Assembly: GCA_043228905.1 (NCBI GenBank)
Contig: JBHGNT010000015.1
Location: 9,920,001-9,984,000, forward strand
Length of the DNA: 64,000 nucleotides
From: Azolla caroliniana
Lineage: Eukaryota; Plantae; Polypodiophyta
Reading direction: 5' to 3'
This document shows positions 12,390 to 24,490 of this stretch, one piece after another. The notes under the pieces were generated by a model. It was not told where the DNA came from, made no database searches, and saw nothing but the letters and a program-made list of their open reading frames with translations. The first letter of the stretch is position 1. Each line of letters begins with the position of its first letter. Both the position numbers and the translations under genes were made by a program.

Positions 12390-15300
12390 CTCAGCTGGAT
12401 GTGCTTCGTCTTGGTATGATACGCCGCGTTCTTCGCAAGGTGGATGGCACTTTGATTGTCGCAATAGAGCCGATATTCCTCTTGCCAGATCCCTAGCTCT
12501 TCGATGAAGTCCTTCATCCATAGTATTTCCTTGTCGGCTTCCACAACCTCCATGTACTCCGCCTCCGTGGTTGACAATGCAATAGTCTTCTGCAACCTCG
12601 ATTGCCACGAAACAGCTCCCCCTGCATATGTCATAACATATCCCCATGTTGACCGGCCGGTATCTGCATCAGCCGACATATCCGAATTGGGGAAACCGTC
12701 AAGTTGGGGTATACCAGAGCCGAATCGGAGACACATAGTTGAGGTGCCTTTCAAGTACCGGAGTATCCATTTTACCACATTCCAGTCCTCCTTACCGAGA
12801 TTGCTCATGAACCGGCTCACCACTCGGACTGCGTATCCGATGTCCGGTCGGGTACACACCATTGCGTAAATTAAGCTCCCGACGGTAGAGGCATATGGTA
12901 TCTTCATCATATCCACCTTCTTTGCCTTCGTCTTCGGGCTTTGCTTACCAGATAACCTGTAGTTTGCCGGGAGTGTCGATCCAACTGGCTTCTCATCTGA
13001 CATGTTGAACCGCTGAAGCACCTTTGTCACGTATTTCTCCTATGACAGCCACAATTGCTTCTCTGACCGGTCCCGGATGATATGCATCCCTAGTATATGT
13101 CTTGCCGGACCCAAGTCTTTCATTGAGAAGGTCTGGTTCAGAGCCTTCTTCAGCATCCGTATCTTGACTTGGTCTTGTCCGACGATCAACATGTCGTCCA
13201 CGTATAGGAGGAGTATCAGGAAGTCTCCTCCTTCAAACTTCTTCACAAATATGCAGTGATCGGCCTGTGTCTTGTGGTACCCTTGATCGGTCATGAAGGA
13301 GTCGAACTTCCGGTACCATTGCCGGGGACCCTGTTTCAAACCGTAGAGGCTCTTCTTCAATCGGCAAACCAGGTGCTCCTTCCCTTTCTTCACAAATCCC
13401 TTTGGTTGCTGCATGTAGATCTCCTCTTGGAGGTTGCCATGGAGGAACGACGTCTTCACGTCTAACTGCTCTACCTCGAGGTTCATGCTTGCTGCTATGC
13501 TCAACACCGTTCGGATGGAAGTCATCTTTACTACCGGGGCAAATACCTCGTCGAAGTCAACGCCCTTCTTCTACTGGAACCCCTTCACCATAATCCTAGC
13601 TTTGTATCTCGAGGGGTTTCCGACATCTCCTAGTTTCAGCTTGTACACCCACTTATTCCGGAGTGCCCGCTTTCCTTTTGGCAACTCCACCAGTTCATAT
13701 GTGTGGTACTCATGTAGGGAATCCATCTTGTCTTGCATGGTAATTAACCACTTGCGGCTATGGGTGTCCTCCTTTGCTTCCTCGAAGCTTTCCGGCTCCC
13801 CCTCATCGGTTAGCAACACACGCTCTGCATTCGGAAATCTCCGGGGGGGCCTTCTCTCTCTGAGAGGATATCTTCGTCTTTGGCTTTCGGCGATTGGCTC
13901 CTCCATTTGTTCTTCATCCAAATCTGATTCAGGGTCTTGGCCGGTTCCGGTTTTAGCTTCCTCTTCTTCTTCTTCTGCCGGTTCGGTATCCTCACCATTA
14001 CCGGCCGGTTCTTCGAGTGTCAACTGGCTCTTAGCCAGGTAGGTCCGAATCTCATCGAACCGATCCTTACCGGTCGACTTGGGGTTCATTATCTTCTTCT
14101 CCAACTCCTAGTCAGCAAGGGTCTTGTCCTCCATGACGATAATATCTCGACTCCGGAAAATCTTCTTGTCGACCGGATCCCACACTCGGTAGCCGAACTC
14201 ATCATCGCCGTATCCGAGGAATATGCAAGGCCGGAACTTTGGATCCAGCTTTCCACTCCTGTCCTTTGCAACATGCACGTCAGCGAGGCACCCGAAAACC
14301 TTCAGATGCCGGTAAGACACTTCCTTATTGGTCCACACTCTCTACGGCGTGTCTCCGTCCAAGGGCATTGAGGGTGATCTATTTATCACGTACGTCGTTG
14401 TTGCCAGCGCCTCAGCCCAAAACGTCTTGGGTAGCTTTGCATGTGCTAGCATACTCCAGACCCTCTCCATTATAGTCCGGTTCATCCTCTCGGCTAGCCC
14501 ATTGAGTTCCGGTGACTTCGGCACGGTAAATTCGAGCCAGATTCCCTTCGAGCGGTAGTACTCTTCGAACTACCCCGGTATTCTCCTCCGTTATTTGCTC
14601 GAACCGCCTTCAGGTTCTAGCCGGTTTCTCTTTCCACTCTTGCGTGGAGCTCCTTGAAGACGGATAAAACCTGATCCTTCATCTTCAACGGTGTGGCCCA
14701 CAGCTTCCGGCTGTGGTTGTCTATGAACGTCACAAAGTACTACGATCCGGCATGTGACTTCGTGTCCACTTGACACACATCGGTATGCACCAGCTCTAGT
14801 GGTGCATTACGTCTCATCGGTGACCTTGATCAAAAGGAGATCCGGTTTTGCTTACCGGCCAGGCAGTCGGTGCATTTCTCAAGTTGCACGTTCTTTACCA
14901 GGATGAGGTTGTCTTCGGCAACCCTCTTCATCCCCTTCACCCTCATATGACATAGTGTCTTGTGCCACAGCTCATCGGCAGTGTCGGATGCCACGTTCAC
15001 TTCTTGCGGGCATAATCGAGCATTCATCAAGTACAACATGTTGACTTTCTAGGCCCACGTCACTATTAGACTCCCTTTGCTGAATTTCATGACAGCATTC
15101 CGGATGCTACTCGTGTAGCCTTCATCATCTAGGCGACCGATTGATATCAGGTTCAGTTGAACCTCCGAAACATGTCGGATATCCTTCAACAACAGCTTAC
15201 ATCCGGTTGGTGTTGTCAACCACACGTCTCTTATGCTGACAATTCGGCATGTACCTTCATTCCACATCCGGACACAACCGTGCTCACCGGCTATGTAGGA

Positions 15301-16520
15301 TGAGAAGCATTTCCGGTCCAGGGTGAGGTGGAACGATGCTCTGGAGTCAACTACCCACGTTGCCTTGTCGCTGGCAAGGTTCAACTCACTCTCCTCGGTG
15401 ATGAACATCAACTCTTCTTCAATTGTCGTGATTGCCGTCGTTCCCTTCTGGTCCGGTCACCTCCGGTCCGGTGTCCACTTTGAATCGGTACTATTGGTTT
15501 CCTTATCTTTTCGGAAGTGCCAACAGTTCTTCTAGAAGTTTCCCGGCTTGCCGCAATAGAAGCAAGCAGGCCTCCCCCTTGACTTTGACCGTGTCCCCGA
15601 CTTTTCCCGGTTCTGGGGACTCCGGTTCCTTTGTCTTTCGCGTTGCGATTCGGTAAGGAGCGCTTTGGAGTCAGAGCTCGTATCCTTTTCTTTCCGATGT
15701 GCCTCCTCATCTAGCAAGCTCGACTTGACTCTTGCCAGGGATAACTATTTTCCTTCCGGCCCGGCGTTGCCCAAAGTGACAACTAACGTCTCCCAACTAT
15801 CTGGAAGGGAACCGAGTAGGAGTAGTGCTAGTACCTCATCGGCGAGAGGTACTTCCAACGATGTTGCCTGGTGAATCAGCCCCTGGAAGGCATTCATGTG
15901 CTCTACCATACTGGAGCAATCTTGGTACCAAAGTCTTACTAGATTTCGAAATACCGAAACCCGATTAACAACATTTTTGTTCTGAAACATAATGTTGATC
16001 TTCTCCCAGAGCTCATGATCCTTGCTCTCTTCATTGAAGTTGTTGTACAGGCTCATATCGATGAAACATCGGATGTATGTCGTTGTCTTCATGTGCATTA
16101 CCTCCCACATCGTGGCGTCGATCTTATCTGGTCTCTTGTCACCGAACTGAACCGGCAACCAAAGATCTTTAACCATGAGCATGTCCCTCATCTTCTACTT
16201 CCACACTAAGTAGTTGGAGCATGAACATGCCTCCAAACAAATCTTCCATTTTCTGTGTCGTTTCTCTTTGATACCTGATTGACGTTAAATATGCGGAATA
16301 TTACTCGGCCACAACCGAGTCTCAGATCGTGTCATTTAGAATGGAACACCGAGAATGGGAATGGAGGTGAATACATGTACACATAGACAATATGAGAGAG
16401 GGTACACAATATGTTAACGTGGAAAACCCTAAATGGGAAAAACCACGGGAGTCCACAAACTCCAACTATCACTATGTTGAGAGGAATACAAAGAAGAAAC
16501 TTCCGTGGCCACAATACTTT
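12390..16520 (-). mobile_element. Ty1/copia family A copy 2, decayed; 3' end deleted, 5' LTR partial
   Basis: gag 15745..16191, protease, integrase, RT 13040..13525 (YVDD), RNase H 12281..13030; degenerate PBS about 16264..16275; LTR U5 from about 16278 is similar to 2451..2700. Confidence 0.92.
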
Positions 16521-16539
16521 CTAGGAAGAGGTCGATGAG

Positions 16540-18008
16540 TGGTGTTGGGGGGACAATTGACGTCCGTCTGATAGAGCCATTCGGCGGCAATAGAGACAGC
16601 CAAACGAACAACCGGTAGAGAGTGGGCCACTGGGCAAGCAGCCGATAGAGACAGCGGCGGCCAGACAGACATGACCGGCGAACGGCGAAGAAGCTGACAG
16701 TGACAGCGACGGCGAACAGAGACATCGGCCGATAGCCGCCACCAACGATGACAGAAGAATAGTGACAACCGACGCAGAGGCTGCCAGATAGGAAGTCGGC
16801 CGAGAGACAGACCACGGCCACAGATAGTAGGCAGTCGAACAGAGACAGCCCCGAACAAAGTCGGCGGCCGAACAACAGCGGCTGAGCCGATGTCCGCCAA
16901 CCGTTAGGACAGCCGGCAGCTAACGGACAGAGCTAGACAGATAGCCAGCCGATAGCCGGCAAAGAGAGACGGATGATGGACAGAGATGGCGCCAGGACGA
17001 GACAGAAAAGGAAGAAATGAGAGGAGGACAGCGACAGAACAGAAAGAAAGCAAGGAAGTAAGCGAAGACAAACAACAAGAAGATGGGAAGAAACGAAGAG
17101 GAGGAAGAAGAAGCAAAAGAAGAGAAGATCACAGCACAAGAAGAAAAGAAAGAAGAAAACTGGGAGACAGAAGGAAATGAAGAGAGAGAAGAGGGGTATG
17201 AAGAGAAATTTCATAAACATAAGGGCAGAGAAGACAAAATTTCAAAAGCGCAAGGAGTACGGAATTTTAGAAGCTCGAGGGCAAAAGAAGAAATTTCGAG
17301 AACTCAAGGGCATAAAAAAAAAAATCAAAAATTTTGAGGGTAAAGTTTTTATAGAGACCAAGGGTAAAAATATGCAAAGCTCAATTCACATGACGAAACC
17401 GAAAATACACATACATGTAACAGAACCATGAAAAGACCTAGACCGCAATGGATGAGCCAATTGGTGTGTGATCCAATTGAACGACATGATGAACGAATGA
17501 GAAGGTTCAAGTCAGCAATGCTCTGATCGAAGTTATCAATTGTAGAGCTATGATCCGGTCAATGGATTCCCGACCGTTGAGACGACCGATGGGGTTCCGG
17601 TCGTTAATAGTTGCCATGGCGAGTGGGTTCACCGTGCGATGCACTGTCCCACAGGTGTGCCATGTGTTACCCATAAGAGTTGTATGGGGCAGTATAAGGG
17701 TAAAACACGTTAAAGGGGTTGTTCAGTATGTGTAATGTATATAGGTGTGAGGATGAGTATGTGTGAGCACATGCACAATTATATGCATGTGACAAGAGTG
17801 TAACGGTTGTCTCTTTTGTAACAGTCATTATTTACCGTTACATTATGTATTATATAAACCCCTTATGGGGCAAGTAATGGAGATACATTTCTCCCCTCTC
17901 TCATTTGGTGTCATTCTTTATTTTCTTTACTTCTCTCTTTCCCTCACACTTAACCCCCTTGGGAGGGGGGTGAAACCATTCTAGGCTTCACCCCCCACCC
18001 CAACAACA
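16540..18008 (+). repeat. probable long LTR (family E), about 1.47 kb
   Basis: Near-inverted ends TGGTGTTGGGG / CCCCAACAACA, TATA about 17852, followed by CTTTTGGC (PBS start); the 3' part is homologous to 35280..35450 in reverse. Confidence 0.55.
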
Positions 18009-21000
18009 CTTTTGGCTTGAGGTCTAGGTCGAAGGACTGACCACGTACCGTGTTCCTAAACAACAACACTTTTGGCACGCTTGGTGGGACAACGAACAGG
18101 GGTTTAAGCGTAATGCGTAAGGGGAGAACCCCTGTAACTTCTCCGCGTATAAGGGAAGACGGCTACAACCGAATCCCTATCAAGGGTTACACTTACGTAC
18201 TACCACGCTTAAGTATCCAAGACACCGACACTGAATTAGCCGCAACTATACACAGAAAATCAGAGAAGATAGAATTCTATTATCATGCGTTCTTTACATT
18301 CCCAAAATTACACGTGCCTCCATAAGACGTTTTCTACCCTTTATATATGCAGGGTCTAATTAGCCGTTCACGCTTCCTGCGTGAACCGTTACATGCGTTA
18401 TGCTCTTATATAGTTTCTTATTCCTACGCTTTTGTCCGTCGGTTACTATTCCGGCGGACAACAACTCTGTCCCGTTCGGTGGTGAATGGGTTAGGTTGCA
18501 TAGGGCCCAGGTAAGGTTTGAGCCGAAACCCATTCACTTTTTGCCGTACTATTTCTCCAGCCAGCGTTCCTAGTTGGAACGTGCCCTGTTCCGCTCCAAT
18601 TATCCAGTATGGCCGGTCCAGCGGAAACGTAACTTCCCTGGCATATGGCCCATGCGCGTTTGAAAAACTAGCACCGCTCGGCCCACGGCGAACTTCTTTT
18701 CCCTTGCGCTCCAATGTCGATCTACAAACGCTTTACGTCGTCGTTGTTCCTGTTCCAACACAGCCATGCTGTGGACGTGTTTTTCCCCTAGTTCGAGGAG
18801 TTGGTAGACCGTTCCTCCTCCGACTTGGCTTCTGATAATCGGTTCCGTACCTAAATGTGCAAACTTGGTACCCGAAATTCGACCGGCATCACAGCCTCTA
18901 GTCCAAACACTAGCCGGAACGGTGTTGACTGTATGCTTGTTTTGTAACTAGTTTTGTATGCCCATAACGCACTCTGGACTTTGGTATCCCAGTCCGTTCT
19001 ATTTTCATTGACAGTTTTCTTCAAAATGGTCTGTAATATTTTGTTCGTGGATTCTGCTAATCCATTCGCCTACGGGTAATATGGCATGCTCTTCTTATGG
19101 ACTACCGTGTAATGCTGTGTTAGTTCCCGAACCACCGTATTGACGAACTGGCTCCCTTGGTCACTGATGAGCTCTATCGGACAGCCGAACCGGCACCAGA
19201 TGTGCTCGTAAAGAAATTTGGCAGTGACGGTCGTCGTATTTTCTCGTAGTGCCTTTGCTTCTACCCATTTGGTGCAGTAATCCGTGGTTACCAATATGAA
19301 ATTTATTGCTCGTACGGGCCGCTGCTGGTGTCAAGGGCCCTACAAAATCCAATCCCCACTTTTGGAAGGGGTGTAGCGGTAATACGGGCTGGTGTGGCAT
19401 CCTTGCGTCTTCCGCGGGCTGACCCATCCGCTGACACAAATCACACTTTCTACAATACTTGGATGCGTCCTTCTGCATTGTTGGCCACCATAAGCCCACC
19501 TACCATACTTTCCGGGCTATCACGTCGCCCGCGTAATGACCGTCGGTCGTGCCGCAGTGTGCTTTCCGTAAAACTGCTTCCTTCTCACCCTGACGGACTC
19601 CACGTCGCCAAATGCCGTCACTTCCTTTGTGATATAAAATTTCTTCGACGAGGCACAAGTGACGGCTTCGGACGGCTAGTTGTTTCTTCTCGTTCGTGCG
19701 TAATTGTGGTGGAGGTAGTCCTGTAGTTAAAAAGTACGTCATTTCCATAAGCCATCGGTCTGGAAAGGTGGATTCCGTTTTTTCTGCAAGTGTCGCTACT
19801 CGCCAGATGATAGCATCCGGAAAATCATCGTCGTCTTTCTGTACTATTTCTCCATTCTCAAGTCTGCTCAAAAAATCCGCCACTGCGTGTTGCGTCCCTG
19901 GTCGGTGCTGAATTACGAACTCGAATTCCTGGAGCAACAGCATCCACCGAGCCAATTTCCCTGTTAGGGCTTGTTTCTCCACCAAATACAATAATGCCGA
20001 ATGATCCACGTGGAACGTGAATTTCCGTCCTAATAAATAGTGTCGGAATTTATTAATGCTATAGATCATCCCTAGCGCTGCCCGCTCTATTGTGGAATAG
20101 TTACGCTCTGCTGCTGACAATTTATGACTTGTGTAGTATACTGGCATGTACCAGTTTGGTTCGGTTAGCTGCATTAGCGCGCTTCCTATTGCTATGTCCG
20201 AGGCGTCGACGAACACGTGGAATGGCTTCGCCCAAACTGGAGGTTGTACGACGGGAGCCTGTGTGAGCATTATCTTAAGTGTCGCATAGGCCTTATCCTC
20301 TGTTGCAGTCCATTGGAAAGGAGTCTGATGTATGGCAGCGTGTAGCGGCATGGCGATGTCCACCAAATACCGTATCATCCGACTATGCCACCGTATTTGT
20401 CCCAAAAATCGGCTAAGCGATTTGGCGTTTGTCGTAATTTTAGCTTGCATAATCGCGGAGATCTTGTTTGGGTCGACCGCTATTCCCGCTTTGCTGACTA
20501 TGTGGCCTAGGAGAGTCTCGTTGGTCACGCCGAAGGCACATTTCGCGGGATTCAGGCTTGAGCGTGCGGTGCGGCAACGTTCCAAGCACAAACATAAGTG
20601 CGTAAAATGGTCTTTTGTTTGCCTATATGGGTCGAAGCATGCTATGGTGTACCAACTTTTGGCCAAAATTTTAGTACTAAATCGAAGAAGAAAATAAACA
20701 TTAAAAATTGTAAATAAATTTCAAAAAACAAAAAACAAATGCATTACGTCACACTCGAATGCACAAAGATATTATACATCACACTCGAAATGTCCCTAGG
20801 CCATATTTAATACATTAATTGTTGCCCCAGTCTCCTAGGTAGAGTTGTACGAAAGCACACCTGGAGAAGGTATCCATTGTGACAGTTGGTCAATCTCGGT
20901 ATCTCTCTCTCTCTCTCTCTCTCTTTTGTCTCGAAGTTGTCAGACAGACAATGGCAAAAAGTTAAAGAAAGACGACATATCTATTACAGGTCTATCTCTC

Positions 21001-21564
21001 TCTTTCTCTCTCTCACTCCACCTTCGAAGCTCTGTTTCTTTCTTTCTTTCTGTTTCTCTCTCTCACTCCACCTTCGATTCTCTGTTTCCCCGCGTAGCTA
21101 TTCTTGTGTTCCCCTCTGTGCCAGGTTCGATCTCTGAACTCTGTATACGCAGAGATTTTTGTTTCCCCTACTCGTTGTATGTGTTGTTGATTTTCCTTCC
21201 TTGTGTATGCTCATTTGTCTCCTCTGTGTATGTTCGTTTGTCTCCTCTGCAGCAGCCTCGTCAACAACCTCTTGCATATAGGTGATTTTGAAGGCTTGGT
21301 GTGCTCCCAAGGTGTCGAAATCAACACGGTGTGGTACCTCAGCAAGTTGTACGGCCTCCAGGTATTCTCTGTGTTGCATGCCTAACTAGTATGTTTTCTT
21401 TTTCTGAATGTTTCCTGTCTGTCTGTTTTTTATTTGCATGTGTATGGCCATTTTTAGGTTTTGATTATTCATAGTCTATGTGTTGCATGCCCAACTGGTA
21501 TGTTTTTGTTTTCTTTGTGTTTCTCTGTGTTTCTTTTAAAAATGTATGACAATATTTTGATCGA

Positions 21565-21920
21565 GGTGATTGTGTGTTAGACATGTTTGTACATGCAACA
21601 TAAATGGAGTTGCCTATGATGAGTTGCTATGTTTTCGTTTTGTTCTTGTTTCCTGTCCATCTGTTTTATTTTGTGTGAGTTTGACATTGATGAGTTTTTT
21701 TCCAACTATTTTGGGTTTTTGTGTGTTTGACATGGCTTGTACATGCAATGTGATGGAGTTGGCTATGATGATTTACAATGTTTTCATTTTCTTTGACTTT
21801 CCTATCCGTCTGTTTTTATTGTCTGTGTGTTTGACATGGATGAGTTTTTTTCCGACTATTTAGGGTTATTGTGTGTTTGACATGGTTTGTACATGCAATG
21901 TGATGATTTGCTATGTGTTG
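21565..21920. repeat. about 150-bp tandem repeat (2-3 copies), intron-like
   Basis: GTGTGTTTGACATGG..TGTACATGCAA recurs at about 21572, 21721 and 21871. Confidence 0.75.
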
Positions 21921-21947
21921 ATGGTAATTGCTTGAGTTTTCTTCTAG

Positions 21948-22433
21948 TACATGCATATTCATTTCCTGAGAATTGTGTTGACTAGGACAATGACGAGAAG
22001 GACACCCATAAAGAAGACATTGATGAAAGAGAAAGTGAAGACACCAGTGAAGGAAGGAATAAGGACACCCATGAAAGAAAGCAAGAAGACACCCACAAGA
22101 GAAAGGGTGATGAATTCATCAACACAGAGAAAGAAGATGTACCACTCCATCAGTCGAGACACACCTCTTGGATGGAATTATTTCCTTTGAGCACGACCTA
22201 ACGTTTATCCAGAGCTGAGAGAGTGGTTGTTAAAAACCTGGGGGTCAGCACATCCCGACACAAGGCGAGGATTCCACATAAGTGGTTTGAAGAGGGAATA
22301 CATGAATTTATTGAAGACGAGATACGAACATGTTTATGATACAAATCAAATCACTAACAATGAGGTGGGTACTGTTTTTGCACGTGCTTTTGCATGTGAA
22401 GTTCAAGGTGGCATTGACGTAAATTGGGAAGCT
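21948..22433 (+). pseudogene. second, convergent gene of the Sola element (unknown function; truncated)
   Basis: Follows a polypyrimidine-AG acceptor; an acidic stretch, then the globular-looking ..YPELREWLLKTWG..RYEHVYDTNQITNNEVGTVFARAFACEVQGGIDVNW. Upstream CT-rich leader and intron-like T-rich DNA. Confidence 0.55.
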
Positions 22434-22519
22434 TAAAACAATGTTGACGTAAATTGGGAAAAAAAATCTGCATGGTGAACCTCAAATTGGCATTGACGTA
22501 AATTGGGAAGCGTAAATTG

Positions 22520-24098
22520 GAAAATAAATCTGCATGGTGAAGCTTAAAACAATGTTGAACAAATAGTGTATCATGCTTTTTATCATCTGAAATGTAAAAT
22601 ATTGATTTCCTATGTAACTCACCATCTTGCCTCCAATAGCAAATATGTACAAGTATTGTACATTGATCATTGTACCAATGCATTGATTGAACCTCATTTT
22701 GAACTTTAAATGTATAGTTTTCTGCAAAATCAATAACGGATACGATGACACCCGTTGGTAAGTTATTAATACATTCCTTGAACTGTGAATTTTGCCAATA
22801 ACTACGGAAGTTATGTGGAATGAACTCCCCAAGTTGTTTCTTAAATTCTGAGACAAGGGTAGCAGCACATGTCTCCTTATATACTTCCTTGATACGCTTA
22901 GTTACAACTCCCTTGCCAATATTTTCAGTCACATACTCCAAATATTTCCATTTCACGATATGACTATTTCCCAAATCAAGCTCCTGCCTACAAAATAATG
23001 GTAGCGGACAAACCTTACATGTTCTTAATAGACATGTACGACGATGCCACTCACATGATGGTTCTTTTTCACAAACACAAGACCTCCATAGCTCAGAAAC
23101 GGATGCATAAGTCATGTTTCGTGCATTACACCTATTATCCTCCCCATTTGGTCTACAAATCTCACAAGTGCAGACACATAATTCCCCGTGTATACCCTTA
23201 GAATCCGTACGCATTGCATTCACTGCTAGCCTTAACATGTCCATCTTCACATGGTACACACAACAACATGTATTCCTCTCATTTAATTTTCTAACAGAAA
23301 ATGGTTTCAAACCTTGGAACTTGCGGAATCCAACAGTCAAGCTTGGATGTTGGTCTTTAAAGTTCATGTACAATTCAGCCTACATCAACCAATATATATA
23401 GCAAACATTAATATACACTTGGTCAAAACACAAAGTTATGGAATGTGAATTGATATAAAAAAATGGAATACCTCTGTCATCTCCAAGAAGTGTCTAGGGT
23501 GAATATGGTACTTACCCTGACTTATTCGTTGTCTACACACGTCCTTCTTATTTGGTGAGACACACGTATTTTTGGCCCAAAATAAATCCACTTTCTCAAT
23601 AATCTCTTGAGATAAGGCATCACATCGTCGTCTACGTCCCAACCCCAGCCACTTGAATTTTCTTGAGTGTATATTTCGGTGATGTTTCCTCAAGTTCCTT
23701 CTTTGAATACCCAGGGCTAAGGCAACTTTAGTATCACTATATATTTTTTCTCTCGCACCGTTCACAACCATGTGTAGTGTTGCCCTCTTTGCAGCAAGTT
23801 TGTCTAAGCTCTCTACACCTTTCACTAAGTCTAGGGATGACTTCATAGACTCCACAATCTCTTCTGAAACACATTGGTCCCTAAATTTTATTCTCTCCAT
23901 GTCTTCATTCAAACTTTGATGGTGTAACACTCTACAGATAATATCCCTACGATCCTCTTCACTAAATCTCTTCGTTATTTCTACCAAATAACGGACTATG
24001 TGAAGAACCACGCGTCTCTTAGTCCTTTCAGATATGCATGAGTTACTTGACAACTCACTCTCGTTAGGAACCCCCATTCGGTCACTAGATTTATCCAC
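22520..24098 (-). pseudogene. Sola2-like DDD transposase, spliced, C-terminally truncated
   Basis: Exon 23472..24098, GT-AG intron 23380..23471, exon from 23379 joins in frame (HFLEMTE|AELYMNFK). Cys-rich region, then IDFAENYTFKVQNEVQSMHW..Q.T and YISDDKKHD. Confidence 0.85.
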
Positions 24099-24309
24099 AA
24101 AAATTAAGTGTCTTGCGAAAGTAGTTAATGTTATATTGACTCAACCAAGAAAACACAATCAAATGTTTTTAAATGTGGCCTGCAAAGTGAGAAATATTTT
24201 GTTTCAAACATTAGAATTACATATCAAATATGACAAATGTCAATTCTAAAAATTTAGTACTGAAATATGAAGAAATGAAACATTTTAGTACTGAAAATAA
24301 AAAAATGGA

Positions 24310-24490
24310 TGAAAGGAACCACCAATGGTGGAGGGAGCATTGGATATGCCGCCTCGATTTGGTGGAGGGAGCGTGGATATGCAGCCTCGATTTGGTGGAA
24401 GGAACCTCCAATGGTGGAGGGAGCGTTGGATATGCCGCCTCGATTTGGTGGAAGGAACCTCCAATGCCGCCTCGATTTGGTGGAAAAAGC
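24310..24490. repeat. short tandem repeat array in the Sola element
   Basis: GCCGCCTCGATTTGGTGGA occurs 4 times, interleaved with GGAACCTCCAATG and GGGAGCRTTGGATAT. Confidence 0.85.

Noticed and set aside
16429-17431. Cluster of overlapping ORFs
   Set aside because: Low-complexity GA-rich LTR sequence with compositionally biased translations.
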